DNA from: a bacterium
GTDB taxonomy: Bacteria; RBG-13-61-14; DATKZS01
DNA: 64,000 nt
Direction: 5' to 3'
Assembly (NCBI GenBank): GCA_963674965.2
Contig: CAXXFL010000007.1
Location: 64,001-128,000, forward strand
The stretch's first letter is position 1; every line of letters begins with the position of its first letter. This document shows, in pieces, positions 41,445-50,535 of the stretch. A program made the translations under genes and the position numbers. Below the pieces are notes generated by a model that did not search any database, was not told the DNA's origin, and worked only from the letters and a program-made list of their open reading frames with translations.

Positions 41445-42584
41445 TCAGGAGGCCTCGTCAGCCGCGGGCGGCGAGTAAAGGCCTAGATAAAGAAGGGCCG
41501 CGCAAAGCACGAAGGCCGGGATCGCGAAGAGCCAGGAAATCCAGCCTAAAGGAAGCAGAAACACCATGGGCCAGTGCAGGGCCATAAGGGTCCGGGGCGA
41601 GGTCCGGATCGGGTACTCCTCCGTCCTGGCCGCCAGCAGAATCCAGGTAAGGTTCCAGCCGAAAACGTTGGCCGCGCTGTGCAGGTTGATGATGTAGCCG
41701 GGCGTGTAAGAGTCGCCCGCGATAAGCCAGAGCACGACGACGTAGAGTAACCCGGAGATGGAACCGATGGTCAAAAAGGCGAGGGCCGAGGTCAGCATCC
41801 GTGCCCGGGCGTCACCGATCCCGCTCCTGAAATGGAGGTAAGCCGTGACCACCACCACCGAGAACAGGGATGAGGCCATCACGAACTGCACGGGCAGTAT
41901 CTCGAGGAGGATGAAGACGAAGAAAAAGATCACGCCCAGGTTGAGCGCCCAGAAGGCGAACTCGGACATGAGCCGGGAGGGCGGACGTTGTCCTTGTTCG
42001 ATCCGTTTGAACAGGGCGGAGAAGGTTATAAGGGAGATGGGAAAGGAGAAGCCCAGGTAGAAGACGTGAAGGTTCAGCTTCTTGAAATCCACGATATGAA
42101 GATACTCGTTGTTGATGAGGGAACCGGCGCAGATGAAAAGGCCCAGGGACAGGCATAAGATGGACGCCTGCTCGAACTTGACCGAGGCTTTTCGATCAAG
42201 AAAGAAGTCCCAGGGAAACCAGCCGAACCGCTTCCACCTGGCGCTCTCGGCCAGAAGTCCCAAAACAATGGCGCAGGCGATGCAAATGGACATGACGCCG
42301 AGAAAGGCCGCCAACGAGAAAATGACGGCGCCCACAAAGAAAGCCGACTCCTCGTCGCCCAGGTCCTTCTTGCCGGACAAGAGGGTGAGGATGAGCGTGC
42401 CGCCGCAGGTCAGGTTGAACAGGAAGATATGCACGCTCGTGAACGACGGCCCCGCCAAATGGTGGTCGTAAGAACGGAAAAAACCGAAGGTCACGGCCGC
42501 GGTGACGGTAATCAACAGAGCGGCCTTGATTTTGTTTCCCACCTCGTGTCCTTTCGCCCGGTTTATTGCCGCCCCTCGGGTCAT
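41445..42584 (-). CDS. Integral membrane protein of unknown function
   Basis: 379-aa ORF with about 11-12 hydrophobic segments, 21 nt upstream of the GT4 gene; start uncertain. Confidence 0.75.
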   Translation of the reverse strand: MTRGAAINRAKGHEVGNKIKAALLITVTAAVTFGFFRSYDHHLAGPSFTSVHIFLFNLTCGGTLILTLLSGKKDLGDEESAFFVGAVIFSLAAFLGVMSICIACAIVLGLLAESARWKRFGWFPWDFFLDRKASVKFEQASILCLSLGLFICAGSLINNEYLHIVDFKKLNLHVFYLGFSFPISLITFSALFKRIEQGQRPPSRLMSEFAFWALNLGVIFFFVFILLEILPVQFVMASSLFSVVVVTAYLHFRSGIGDARARMLTSALAFLTIGSISGLLYVVVLWLIAGDSYTPGYIINLHSAANVFGWNLTWILLAARTEEYPIRTSPRTLMALHWPMVFLLPLGWISWLFAIPAFVLCAALLYLGLYSPPAADEAS

Positions 42585-42774
42585 CCTTCACTCGGAAAGA
42601 ATAACCGGAGCGTCGCGGCGACATCAAAGTCTATCACGGATGGATGGCGTTTTCATAAGAGGGCTTGACCGGGAGACGCTCGGGCATAATAATAAACGCT
42701 CCGGCAAAGTCGCGGCGCGTATTGAAGAGGCAATGACCAGACGCCCGACTGTCCGCCGGAGATGGAGGAACGAC

Positions 42775-44013
42775 ATGGCGGAAAAGAACAAGGCCGACGC
42801 CAACCTCATGCCCTTTGAGGAGGCCCTGGGCCGTGTGCTGGCGGGGATCGAGTGGACCCTGCCGACGGAAAAGGTCAAGGTCAAGGACGCGCTGGACCGG
42901 GTGATGAGGGAGTCCGCCAAGGCGGGCGTCAACATCCCTCCATTTAACAAGTCGGCCATGGACGGCTACGCGGTCAAGGCGGCCGACGTGGCGGGAGCGA
43001 GCGAGAAAACCCCCGTCCGACTCGAGGTGATGGACGAGATACCCGCGGGCCGCCGGCCGGAGAAGACGGTCAAGAAGGGACAGGCCGCCCGCATCATGAC
43101 CGGTGCCCCTCTTCCGAAGGGGGCCGACGCCGTGGTCATGGTAGAGTACACCGAGCGCGGCGGTCCCGGCGAGGTGCTTATCAAGATCGAGGTGGACAAG
43201 GGCAAGAACACCGGCAGGGTGGGGGAGGACGTGAAAAAGGGCGAGGTTGTCCTCGAGTCCGGCTCGGTTATCGGCCCGCCTCAAATGGGCATGCTGGCCG
43301 CCCTGGGGATGACCGAGATCAAGGTCTCGAGGCGGCCCAAGGTGGCGGTCATCAGCACGGGTGACGAGGTGACGACCCCGGGAAAGCCGCTGAGGCCGGG
43401 CTCGATCTACGACGCCAACGGCTACTCCCTCATCGGTCTGGCCAAGGGCCGGGGCTGTGACGCCCGGTTCCTGGGCAACGTCAAGGACCGGCCCGAGGCC
43501 CTGATGAAGAAGCTGGGCCAAGCCGAGTTCGCCGATATCGTGCTCATGACCGGCGGCGTGTCGGTGGGAGACTTCGACTTCGTCACCGGCCTTCTTCGCT
43601 CGGTAGGCATCCGGGAGCTTTTCTACAAGGCCTTTATCCAGCCGGGCAAGCCCACCTTTTGCGGCGCCAAGGATAAGAGGCTTTACTTTGGCCTTCCCGG
43701 CAACCCGGTCTCGGCCATGGTCTGTCACGAGCTGTACGTCAGACCCGCCCTGGACAAAATGCTGGGCAAGACGAATTGGGGCATGAAGCGGGGAAAGGCC
43801 GTGCTGGACGCGGACCTCAAAGTCCGGCCGGGACGGCGCAAGTTCATCCGGGCCTCGGTGGCCGGACGCGGACCGGACGTACGGGTCCGTCCCTATAAGA
43901 ACCAGAAGAGCGGCATCCTCTCGTCCATGATTGAGGCCGACCTTTTGATCGACGTGCCCGGCGCCACGTCCTTCCTCGAGTCCGAGACGGTGGTGGACGT
44001 GTGGTGGCTGTAG
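42775..44013 (+). CDS. moeA: Molybdopterin molybdenumtransferase
   Basis: [49 protein letters not shown]; start ATG 42775 after GGAGG. Confidence 0.95.
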   Translation: MAEKNKADANLMPFEEALGRVLAGIEWTLPTEKVKVKDALDRVMRESAKAGVNIPPFNKSAMDGYAVKAADVAGASEKTPVRLEVMDEIPAGRRPEKTVKKGQAARIMTGAPLPKGADAVVMVEYTERGGPGEVLIKIEVDKGKNTGRVGEDVKKGEVVLESGSVIGPPQMGMLAALGMTEIKVSRRPKVAVISTGDEVTTPGKPLRPGSIYDANGYSLIGLAKGRGCDARFLGNVKDRPEALMKKLGQAEFADIVLMTGGVSVGDFDFVTGLLRSVGIRELFYKAFIQPGKPTFCGAKDKRLYFGLPGNPVSAMVCHELYVRPALDKMLGKTNWGMKRGKAVLDADLKVRPGRRKFIRASVAGRGPDVRVRPYKNQKSGILSSMIEADLLIDVPGATSFLESETVVDVWWL

Positions 44014-44023
44014 GAGGAGAGCC

Positions 44024-44497
44024 TTGTCCAAACTAACGCACGTAACGGAGGACGGCGCGGCTTGCATGGTGGACGTGGGAGATAAGGAAGTGACCTCCCG
44101 CTTCGCCGCGGCCTCGGGCAAGGTCTTCATGAAGCCCGAGACCGCCGAGGCCATAAGGCAAGGCGCGCTCAAAAAGGGAGACGTCCTGGCCGTGGCCCGG
44201 GTGGCGGGGATCATGGCCGCCAAGAAAACTCCCGAGTTGATACCCCTGGCTCACCCGCTCCCGCTCTCGAGGGTCTCCGTTGACCTGGCGGTGGTGGAGG
44301 ACGGCGTCGAGATTCGGGCCGAGGCCTCGGTCCAGGCCAGGACCGGCGTCGAGATGGAGGCCATGGCCGCCGTGGCCGGAGCGGCGCTTACAATATACGA
44401 CATGGCCAAGGCCGTTGACCGGGGCATGACCATCGGCCGGATACGGCTCGAGGAAAAGTCCGGAGGAAGGTCCGGACATTGGAAGAGGGAGAAGTAA
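44024..44497 (+). CDS. moaC: Cyclic pyranopterin monophosphate synthase
   Basis: LTH...[40 protein letters not shown]. Confidence 0.96.
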   Translation: MSKLTHVTEDGAACMVDVGDKEVTSRFAAASGKVFMKPETAEAIRQGALKKGDVLAVARVAGIMAAKKTPELIPLAHPLPLSRVSVDLAVVEDGVEIRAEASVQARTGVEMEAMAAVAGAALTIYDMAKAVDRGMTIGRIRLEEKSGGRSGHWKREK

Positions 44498-44498
44498 G

Positions 44499-44951
44499 TT
44501 GGAAAGAGAAGTAAACCCGGAGGCCCCTAAAAAGTTCATGCCCCTGACGCCGATCCTGGTCAAGGTATCGTGTCTGGCCTTTACCCTTGGCGCCGCGGCC
44601 CTGACGCTGTTTGGAGAAAAGACCCCGCCGGGGGGGAACATAATATGGGTCGCCCTGCTCATGGGCGTCATGCTCTACCTGTGCGTCTTCGTCATGGCCG
44701 CGGTTAAAGTAAAGGACGGCGAGATATTCGTTTTCCGTACCTATAAATGGGAGAAGCTGGACAAGTCCAGGATTGTAAAGATTTACCCCCGCCGCTCGAT
44801 GGTCATCATCGTCATGGACGAGGGCTTCAACAACGAGTATTACATCTCCCCCCGCCTGTCCAAGCTCATGGAGACGGCCGAGTATCTTAACGAGGTAGCG
44901 GGCCTGAAGATGGAAATCCCCGCCCTTTACCCGAATATATTCAAAAAATAA
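44499..44951 (+). CDS. Hypothetical protein with two N-terminal TM helices
   Basis: 150-aa ORF directly after moaC. Confidence 0.6.
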   Translation: MEREVNPEAPKKFMPLTPILVKVSCLAFTLGAAALTLFGEKTPPGGNIIWVALLMGVMLYLCVFVMAAVKVKDGEIFVFRTYKWEKLDKSRIVKIYPRRSMVIIVMDEGFNNEYYISPRLSKLMETAEYLNEVAGLKMEIPALYPNIFKK

Positions 44952-45063
44952 GAAAGGCGCCGCCGGGAATGCGCGGCTTCCGGCGGATGAACAACGCCTG
45001 GATCAATTAATCGAGCGCGGCAGTCGTCGGTTATCCGGACTCCAAGCGTGAACTTCACCCGGA

Positions 45064-45189
45064 TGGCCCGGATAGCTTGCTATCTGGGCGCCAAAGGCGT
45101 GGGAAAGGGGGCGACGGTCCGCCGGGCGCGTACATTTAATTCCAACGGCTTGCGCCGCGCGGATAGGCGAGCTATCCGCGCCACCCGCG
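45064..45189. repeat. ~126-bp REPIN-like element, copy 1 (two inverted palindromic units around a spacer)
   Basis: GCCCGGATAG-CTTG-CTATCTGGGC at the left end, GCGCGGATAG-GCGAG-CTATCCGCGC-CACCC at the right end; near-identical to 46750..46876. Confidence 0.9.
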
Positions 45190-45191
45190 TA

Positions 45192-46511
45192 TCAGTCCTG
45201 GGCGCAACGAAAACCCATGGCGTTGCCCCGCTCAGAAGGCGCGGCGGCGTCCCGTGCCGCGACGCGCAGGAAGCTCGCACCGTAGGGCCAAAGTCCGCCG
45301 CGCAAAACGCGAGACGTACCTGACGCGGGGCCGGGAGGATCGTTGGTTGGGCTTGAGCCGTAGTAATCGCTCTGATACCAGTCGTTGACCCATTCCCACA
45401 CGTTCCCCGCCATGTCGTAAAGCCCGTAGCCGTTGGCGGCGAAATACTCGACCTCGGAGGTGTCGTTGTCCCAGGGGTCTCCCGAGTTCCAGTAATTGGC
45501 GTCGGTTCCGCTAATCGAGTCTCCCGACGGATAGCGTTTGCCGGAAAGGCCTCCGCGGGCCGCATATTCCCACTCCGCCTCCGTGGGCAATCTCTTGCCC
45601 GCCCAGGAGCAGTAGGCCTCGGCCTGGCTCCAATTAACGTGGATAACGGGAAAGTCGTCATAAGCGGGATCGCCGTAATATGAAACGCGAGAATAGCTCT
45701 GAAAACTGCCGGGCGCGGCGCATCCGCCGCCGCTAACGCAAGCCGCGTACTCGGCGTTGGTCACCTGGTGAACGTCCATGTAGAAATCGGAGGTGATGCA
45801 CACGTTGTGAGCGGGGAGCTCATCGCCGTCTCCCTCGCTGAAGGCGTCTCCCATATTGAAGCAGCCGGAGGGGATAAGGGCCATGCCGGCAGTGCTGCCT
45901 CCTTGGCAGTCGGGATCAACGCCGTCAATGTCTCCATCGCAGTCGTTATCTAAACCATCGTCGCAGACTTCGGCGGCGCCTGGATTTATCGAGGCGTCGC
46001 CGTCATTGCAATCAGTCGTGGCGCTGGCCCCGTCAACAACTTTGGAGTAGCCATCTCCATCGTAATCGCTTTTATTGTAGAAGGCGGTCCACCATCCAGC
46101 GTCCACCTTCATGGCATAGGGCACGCTGACGATCCGGGCCCGGGGCGACATCTCCCCATCGCCGTCAACGTCAACGCCCATCCACACGTCCTGGTGGTTC
46201 TGGAACACGGCCCCAAGGTTGGGCTCGGTACCCGACGTTACCGTGCCCGACCCGATGAGCACGCTGTAAAGTCCACCGGTCACCACCACGTCCTCCTGGA
46301 GAACCGTGAGATAAGCGGTCCCGCCCGTCTCAACGCCATAAAACGCGAAGGTTAAATCCACGGTAGTCCCGTCCGCCAGCGGCTGGCCCGCCGCGTTCGT
46401 GAGCCGTCCCTGGTAATTGATAAGTTGCGGCGCGGACTGCGCCCAGCAAACTCCAACCACTACGGCCAATACTGAAATCCCAACCAACGCCATCCCGATC
46501 TTGGTCCTCAT
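45192..46511 (-). CDS. Exported protein with MopE-like metal-binding repeat and C-terminal FGE-sulfatase (SUMF1/C-lectin fold) domain
   Basis: Signal peptide; INYQGRLT N-domain; DCNDGDASINPGAAEVCDDGLDNDCDG; RLPTEAEWEYAARGG, NGYGLYDMAGNVWEW, RVLRGG...GFRCA. Confidence 0.92.
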   Translation of the reverse strand: MRTKIGMALVGISVLAVVVGVCWAQSAPQLINYQGRLTNAAGQPLADGTTVDLTFAFYGVETGGTAYLTVLQEDVVVTGGLYSVLIGSGTVTSGTEPNLGAVFQNHQDVWMGVDVDGDGEMSPRARIVSVPYAMKVDAGWWTAFYNKSDYDGDGYSKVVDGASATTDCNDGDASINPGAAEVCDDGLDNDCDGDIDGVDPDCQGGSTAGMALIPSGCFNMGDAFSEGDGDELPAHNVCITSDFYMDVHQVTNAEYAACVSGGGCAAPGSFQSYSRVSYYGDPAYDDFPVIHVNWSQAEAYCSWAGKRLPTEAEWEYAARGGLSGKRYPSGDSISGTDANYWNSGDPWDNDTSEVEYFAANGYGLYDMAGNVWEWVNDWYQSDYYGSSPTNDPPGPASGTSRVLRGGLWPYGASFLRVAARDAAAPSERGNAMGFRCAQD

Positions 46512-46571
46512 GACTTAATCCTCCTTCTTCGAGATTGGTAGACAATTCAAGCATCCGTTACCATGCGGTTT

Positions 46572-46600
46572 ATTACAATACCCTCCCCCTCGAATGTCAA
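46572..46600 (-). promoter_or_regulatory. Putative sigma70 promoter of the FGE-domain gene
   Basis: Minus strand TTGACA-N17-TGTAAT, inside the repeat-bounded segment. Confidence 0.5.
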
Positions 46601-46749
46601 CCGATTATTGAGGATTTCTCTCCAATCTTTCAGCCAGGCCGCGGGCTGGGTATTGCTTTTCAAGGCCGGGCGCGGATCGGCCTCTCCATTTGAAAAGGGC
46701 GTTTTCATTATGATCGGCGCCGAGGCGCTCAGCTTGCGGCTTCGCAGAG

Positions 46750-46876
46750 TGGCCCGGATAGCTTCGTTATCTGGGCGCCGAAGGCGTGGGAAAGAGGGCG
46801 ACGGTCCGCCGGGCGCGTACATTTAATTCCAACGGCTTGCGCCGCGCGGATAGGCGAGCTATCCGCGCCACCCGCG
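46750..46876. repeat. ~127-bp REPIN-like element, copy 2 (direct repeat of 45064..45189)
   Basis: Same sequence with only a few differences (first hairpin loop, CCA/CCG, GGGG/GAGG). Confidence 0.9.
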
Positions 46877-46989
46877 GGGCTTCCTTCGGATTGAGTATTA
46901 CGACGGACGACCTCGCCACCCGCCAAGCGGTTTCCTATGGCGGGGCCGGAGAAGACTCGCCCCCCAAGCGACTTACCGGCCACGCCACG

Positions 46990-47018
46990 AAAAGGGCGCC
47001 CCCTGGGGAGCGCCCTTT
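46990..47018 (-). terminator. Intrinsic terminator of the SPFH operon
   Basis: Minus strand AAAGGGCGC-loop-GCGCCCTTTT just after the stop at 47041. Confidence 0.7.
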
Positions 47019-47040
47019 GTCGTCTTCATTTAATAGTATC

Positions 47041-48339
47041 TCAGTTGGCCTGTTCTCCGACTTGGCCGTCATGAACTCCGGGCGGAAGATGATCGGCCGA
47101 TTTGGTTTTGCCCGCCTCTTCCTTCAGGGCCTTGGCCGCACCGTAAGACTGGATCACGTCGTTGAGGTCGAGCATGTTGAAGGCGCCCTCACTGGGCACG
47201 ATAACGATCCTTTTGCCTTGAAGCGTCTCGGCGATGGCCAGGCCCACGTGCTTGTCCCCTCCCGGAGCGGAAAGGGCCTCGGTCTGGGCCGCGATGCCGT
47301 CGGCCATCATGTTGTACTTGACCCGCATGGCCTCGGCCTCGCTTTTCTTGGCCGCGAGCGCCGCGTCCGCCTCCTGTAGTATCCTCTGGGAATGGCCTCG
47401 GGCCAGCTCGATCATGGAGTCGGCGCCGCCTCGGGCCTGGTTGACCTTGGTCTCTTTTTCCTGCTTGGCCCGTTCTCCGTAGGCCACGTACTCCTCGCGC
47501 TCCTCCTCGGCTATGCGCTTTTTGCTGAGAATGTCCTCGTAGGCCGGGTGAGGCGTAACGGCGGGAGCGCCAAGAGAGACGATCTCGAGTCCGAACTCGT
47601 CCAGGATGTCGTTAAGCTCGTCGATCGCCCCGATGGACTCGGGCGAGTTGGTATCGGCGTCCTTGTCCCCTTTAATTTTCCTGGCCCTGTCGCTGGCGCG
47701 GAGGAGTTCCTCGGTGGTCAGCTCGCCGAGCCTGGTCCTCATTACTCCCCTCACCAGGGACTCGACCATGGACCTCAGCTCGTGGACGGTGGCCCCGTTT
47801 CCGTTCTTAACGCGGAAAAAGGTCGCCACCTTGTAGGCTTCATCCGGCATGACCTTGAAGGCCACCGTGACGTCCACCCAGGCGTCGTTCCCGTCCGCCG
47901 TCTTGACGCGGACGCTCTGCTCGGTCGTGGGCCTGTCGTGAATGACTATCTTGTAGGCGCTTTCCTGCTTGGTCTCCTGGGTCACGCTCTCGATGGCCTG
48001 GGCCACCTTTTGTTCCTGCTCCTGGCCCCCCGCGTCTCCGATGGTCCGCGTGGTCTCGACGGTCCGTCCGGCCTCGCGCAGGAGTTTTGCGGCTTCCTGC
48101 ATCATCTCGATCTTGATATCGTTCCGGGGAATTTTATAAATGGTGATCAGTTCGGGCACGCAAAGGTGGTACTTTCCGGATTCGAGGGTCTTTTGCTGCA
48201 CGCCGTTGATTCCGGGAATATTGATTACGCGCACTCCCAGATGGTCGGAATCGACGTATCCTTCCTTGTAGGAGAAATAGGCGAGCACGGCGGCCACTAT
48301 GGCGAGGAAAATAAAAAACGCGGTCAGTCTTGTTTTCAT
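47041..48339 (-). CDS. SPFH/Band 7 domain protein with coiled-coil tail (HflK/C-like)
   Basis: N-terminal TM, VKTADGNDAWVDVTVAFKV, LDEFGLEIVSL, Ala/Glu-rich coiled coil. Confidence 0.75.
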   Translation of the reverse strand: MKTRLTAFFIFLAIVAAVLAYFSYKEGYVDSDHLGVRVINIPGINGVQQKTLESGKYHLCVPELITIYKIPRNDIKIEMMQEAAKLLREAGRTVETTRTIGDAGGQEQEQKVAQAIESVTQETKQESAYKIVIHDRPTTEQSVRVKTADGNDAWVDVTVAFKVMPDEAYKVATFFRVKNGNGATVHELRSMVESLVRGVMRTRLGELTTEELLRASDRARKIKGDKDADTNSPESIGAIDELNDILDEFGLEIVSLGAPAVTPHPAYEDILSKKRIAEEEREEYVAYGERAKQEKETKVNQARGGADSMIELARGHSQRILQEADAALAAKKSEAEAMRVKYNMMADGIAAQTEALSAPGGDKHVGLAIAETLQGKRIVIVPSEGAFNMLDLNDVIQSYGAAKALKEEAGKTKSADHLPPGVHDGQVGEQAN

Positions 48340-48351
48340 GAGAGGGGCCTC

Positions 48352-49563
48352 CTACTCGCCGCCGGCGGACCCGTAGGTCCGGGGCTGGATATTCTCGATC
48401 GCCTCGTCGAGCATGAGGGGATTGAATCCATCCTTGCCCCCGGCGGGCACCACGATAAGATCGATGCCCTCGAGGGCCTTGGCGTACTCGAGTCCCACGT
48501 AGGTCTTGCCGCCGACCCCGGCCAGGGCGCGGTTGATCTTTCCCTTGCCCTCCGCCTGGGCCTCGAGGATGAGCTTGTCTCCCTCGGCCTCCTTCTCGAC
48601 CATGTAACGGCTGGCCTCGGCCTCGATCTTGGTCGCCTCGGCCGTGCCCCGGGCCAGCTCCGCCTCTGCCGCCGCGTTGGCCTCGGCCACCAGCTTTTCC
48701 CAGTCGGCCTTGGCGTCGGCCGCCATCTTGACGGCCTCCTCCATCTTGACCTGCTCGTCGGCGATGACCTTGCTGATGATCGAGGCCTCGATCTCGTCCC
48801 CAAACTTAAAGTCCCAGATGAGTATCCGCTCGATCACCACGCCCTTGGGACGGAAGAAGTCCCGCATTGAGTCAAGGGCCTCCTCGGCCTGGCCCTTCCT
48901 GTCGAGAAGATAATCGTCCGTGGGATAAAGTTCCTTCAAGTAATGAGGATTTTCCTTCCTCATGCTTTTAATCTGCCTTCTCTTCTCTCCGCTCATCGAG
49001 TAGAACTGGTTGGCCGTCATGATCTTGCCCAGGGCCTTTTCAAGTTCCTGTTTTCCCACGATGGCGATACCGTTCGTCCTTATCAGGTCGTCGTTCGCGT
49101 AGTGCTTTTTCAACTGGGCGGCCATGGACCTCTCAACCCGGTAGAAGATGGTCACGAACACCTCGATCTCGTCCTGGTCCCTGGCGGTACGAATCTTGAG
49201 CGGCTCGGCGTCCGGGTCTGGCGCGTCGGGGAAACGGGGGGCCATCTCGAATTTCTGAAGACGGCAGTCGTACTTCTGGATATCGTGCAGCAAGGGGATT
49301 TTAATATTGCGTCCGGGCCTAAGTATCTTGGGCTCGCCCGCGCTTATCTTGAGGTATCTGACTCCCACTTCCCATGGTTTTATTTGCTGGGTGCAGGTCA
49401 CGTAAAAGAGGACGATGAAAACGACGAGCGCTAAAAGGACGCCCGCCATCAGTCCCCCGAAGCAACCGGGGCCCTCGCCGACGTCCTCCATCAGGCCGTC
49501 CTCGATTTCCCGGTCCAGGTCCTTTTCTTCCTTGACCTGGTCTTTGTCTTTGTCTTCCGCCAT
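48352..49563 (-). CDS. SPFH/Band 7 domain protein with coiled-coil tail (HflK/C-like)
   Basis: Acidic N-tail, single TM, IKPWEVGVR, VTIFYRV, GVVIERILIWDFKF, repeated AEA coiled coil. Confidence 0.75.
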   Translation of the reverse strand: MAEDKDKDQVKEEKDLDREIEDGLMEDVGEGPGCFGGLMAGVLLALVVFIVLFYVTCTQQIKPWEVGVRYLKISAGEPKILRPGRNIKIPLLHDIQKYDCRLQKFEMAPRFPDAPDPDAEPLKIRTARDQDEIEVFVTIFYRVERSMAAQLKKHYANDDLIRTNGIAIVGKQELEKALGKIMTANQFYSMSGEKRRQIKSMRKENPHYLKELYPTDDYLLDRKGQAEEALDSMRDFFRPKGVVIERILIWDFKFGDEIEASIISKVIADEQVKMEEAVKMAADAKADWEKLVAEANAAAEAELARGTAEATKIEAEASRYMVEKEAEGDKLILEAQAEGKGKINRALAGVGGKTYVGLEYAKALEGIDLIVVPAGGKDGFNPLMLDEAIENIQPRTYGSAGGE

Positions 49564-49605
49564 CGCGAATACTCCTTGTGGTCGGTTTATTCTTTTCTTT
49601 CCTTT

Positions 49606-50370
49606 TTACTTATTATACTTTTGCAGGAAAGGCTGTATCAGTTCGATCGGCAAAGGGAAAATGGTGGTCGAGTTGTTCTCGGCCGCTATCTCGTTGAGGG
49701 TCTGAAGGTACCTTAGCTGAAGGGCTATGGGCGACTTGGCGATCTCGTCGGCGGCCTCCCGCAGCTTGGTCGCCGCCTGGTATTCTCCCTCCGCGTGGAT
49801 TACCTTCGCCCGTCTCTCCCGCTCGGCCTCGGCCTGCTTGGCCATGGCGCGCTGCATCTCGGTGGGCAGGTCCACGTGCTTGATCTCGACCTGGGTGACC
49901 TTGATGCCCCACGGGTCGGTCTGGGCGTCGATGATTTCCTGAAGGTGGTCGTTGATCTTGTCGCGGTTGGTCAGGAGCTCGTCAAGGTCGGACTGGCCGA
50001 GCACGGCCCGAAGCGTGGTCTGGGCGAGCTGGCTGGTGGCGTAAAGATAGTTTTCAACCTGGATGACCGCCCTGTTGGGGTCGACCACCTGGAAGTAAAC
50101 AACGGCGTTGACCTTGAGGGTCACGTTGTCCGAGGTGATGACGTCCTGGGGAGGAACGTCCATGACCACCGTGCGGAGGCTGACCTTTTGTATCCGGTCG
50201 ACTATGGGTATCAAAATGATAAGACCCGGACCCTTGGCCTTGCCAAGCACGCGGCCCAGCCGGAATATGACGCCCCTTTCGTACTCGTTCATCACCTTGA
50301 CCATCATTACGAGTAAAACGAGAAAAAAGAAGCCCGCGATAAAAATCAGCGCCAATAATCCTTGTATCAT
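49606..50370 (-). CDS. Stomatin-like (slipin) SPFH protein
   Basis: [52 protein letters not shown]. Confidence 0.95.
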   Translation of the reverse strand: MIQGLLALIFIAGFFFLVLLVMMVKVMNEYERGVIFRLGRVLGKAKGPGLIILIPIVDRIQKVSLRTVVMDVPPQDVITSDNVTLKVNAVVYFQVVDPNRAVIQVENYLYATSQLAQTTLRAVLGQSDLDELLTNRDKINDHLQEIIDAQTDPWGIKVTQVEIKHVDLPTEMQRAMAKQAEAERERRAKVIHAEGEYQAATKLREAADEIAKSPIALQLRYLQTLNEIAAENNSTTIFPLPIELIQPFLQKYNK

Positions 50371-50535
50371 TTCATACCCCTCCTTCTTGCCTGGTTCAAC
50401 GTAAATATAAAGATAGAGTCCTCAGCCGATTTTAGCCAAGCTATCTTATAACATTTACCTTGTCCAGATCAAATTTACTCGAAAAATAAAAGCCTTCATC
50501 GAGGCGCGTCCATAAGATTTTACAAGACCTTAGCC

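Noticed and set aside
45048-45323. ORFs 45048..45323 and 46786..47379 sharing ATVRRARTFNSNGLRRADRRAIRATR
   Set aside because: The shared peptide is simply the translated DNA repeat; no RBS, and both overlap real genes on the opposite strand.
45064-46876. Integron attC sites or a CRISPR array as explanation of the repeats
   Set aside because: No RYYYAAC/GTTRRRY ends, no integrase, only two 126-bp copies 1.56 kb apart and no spacer periodicity.
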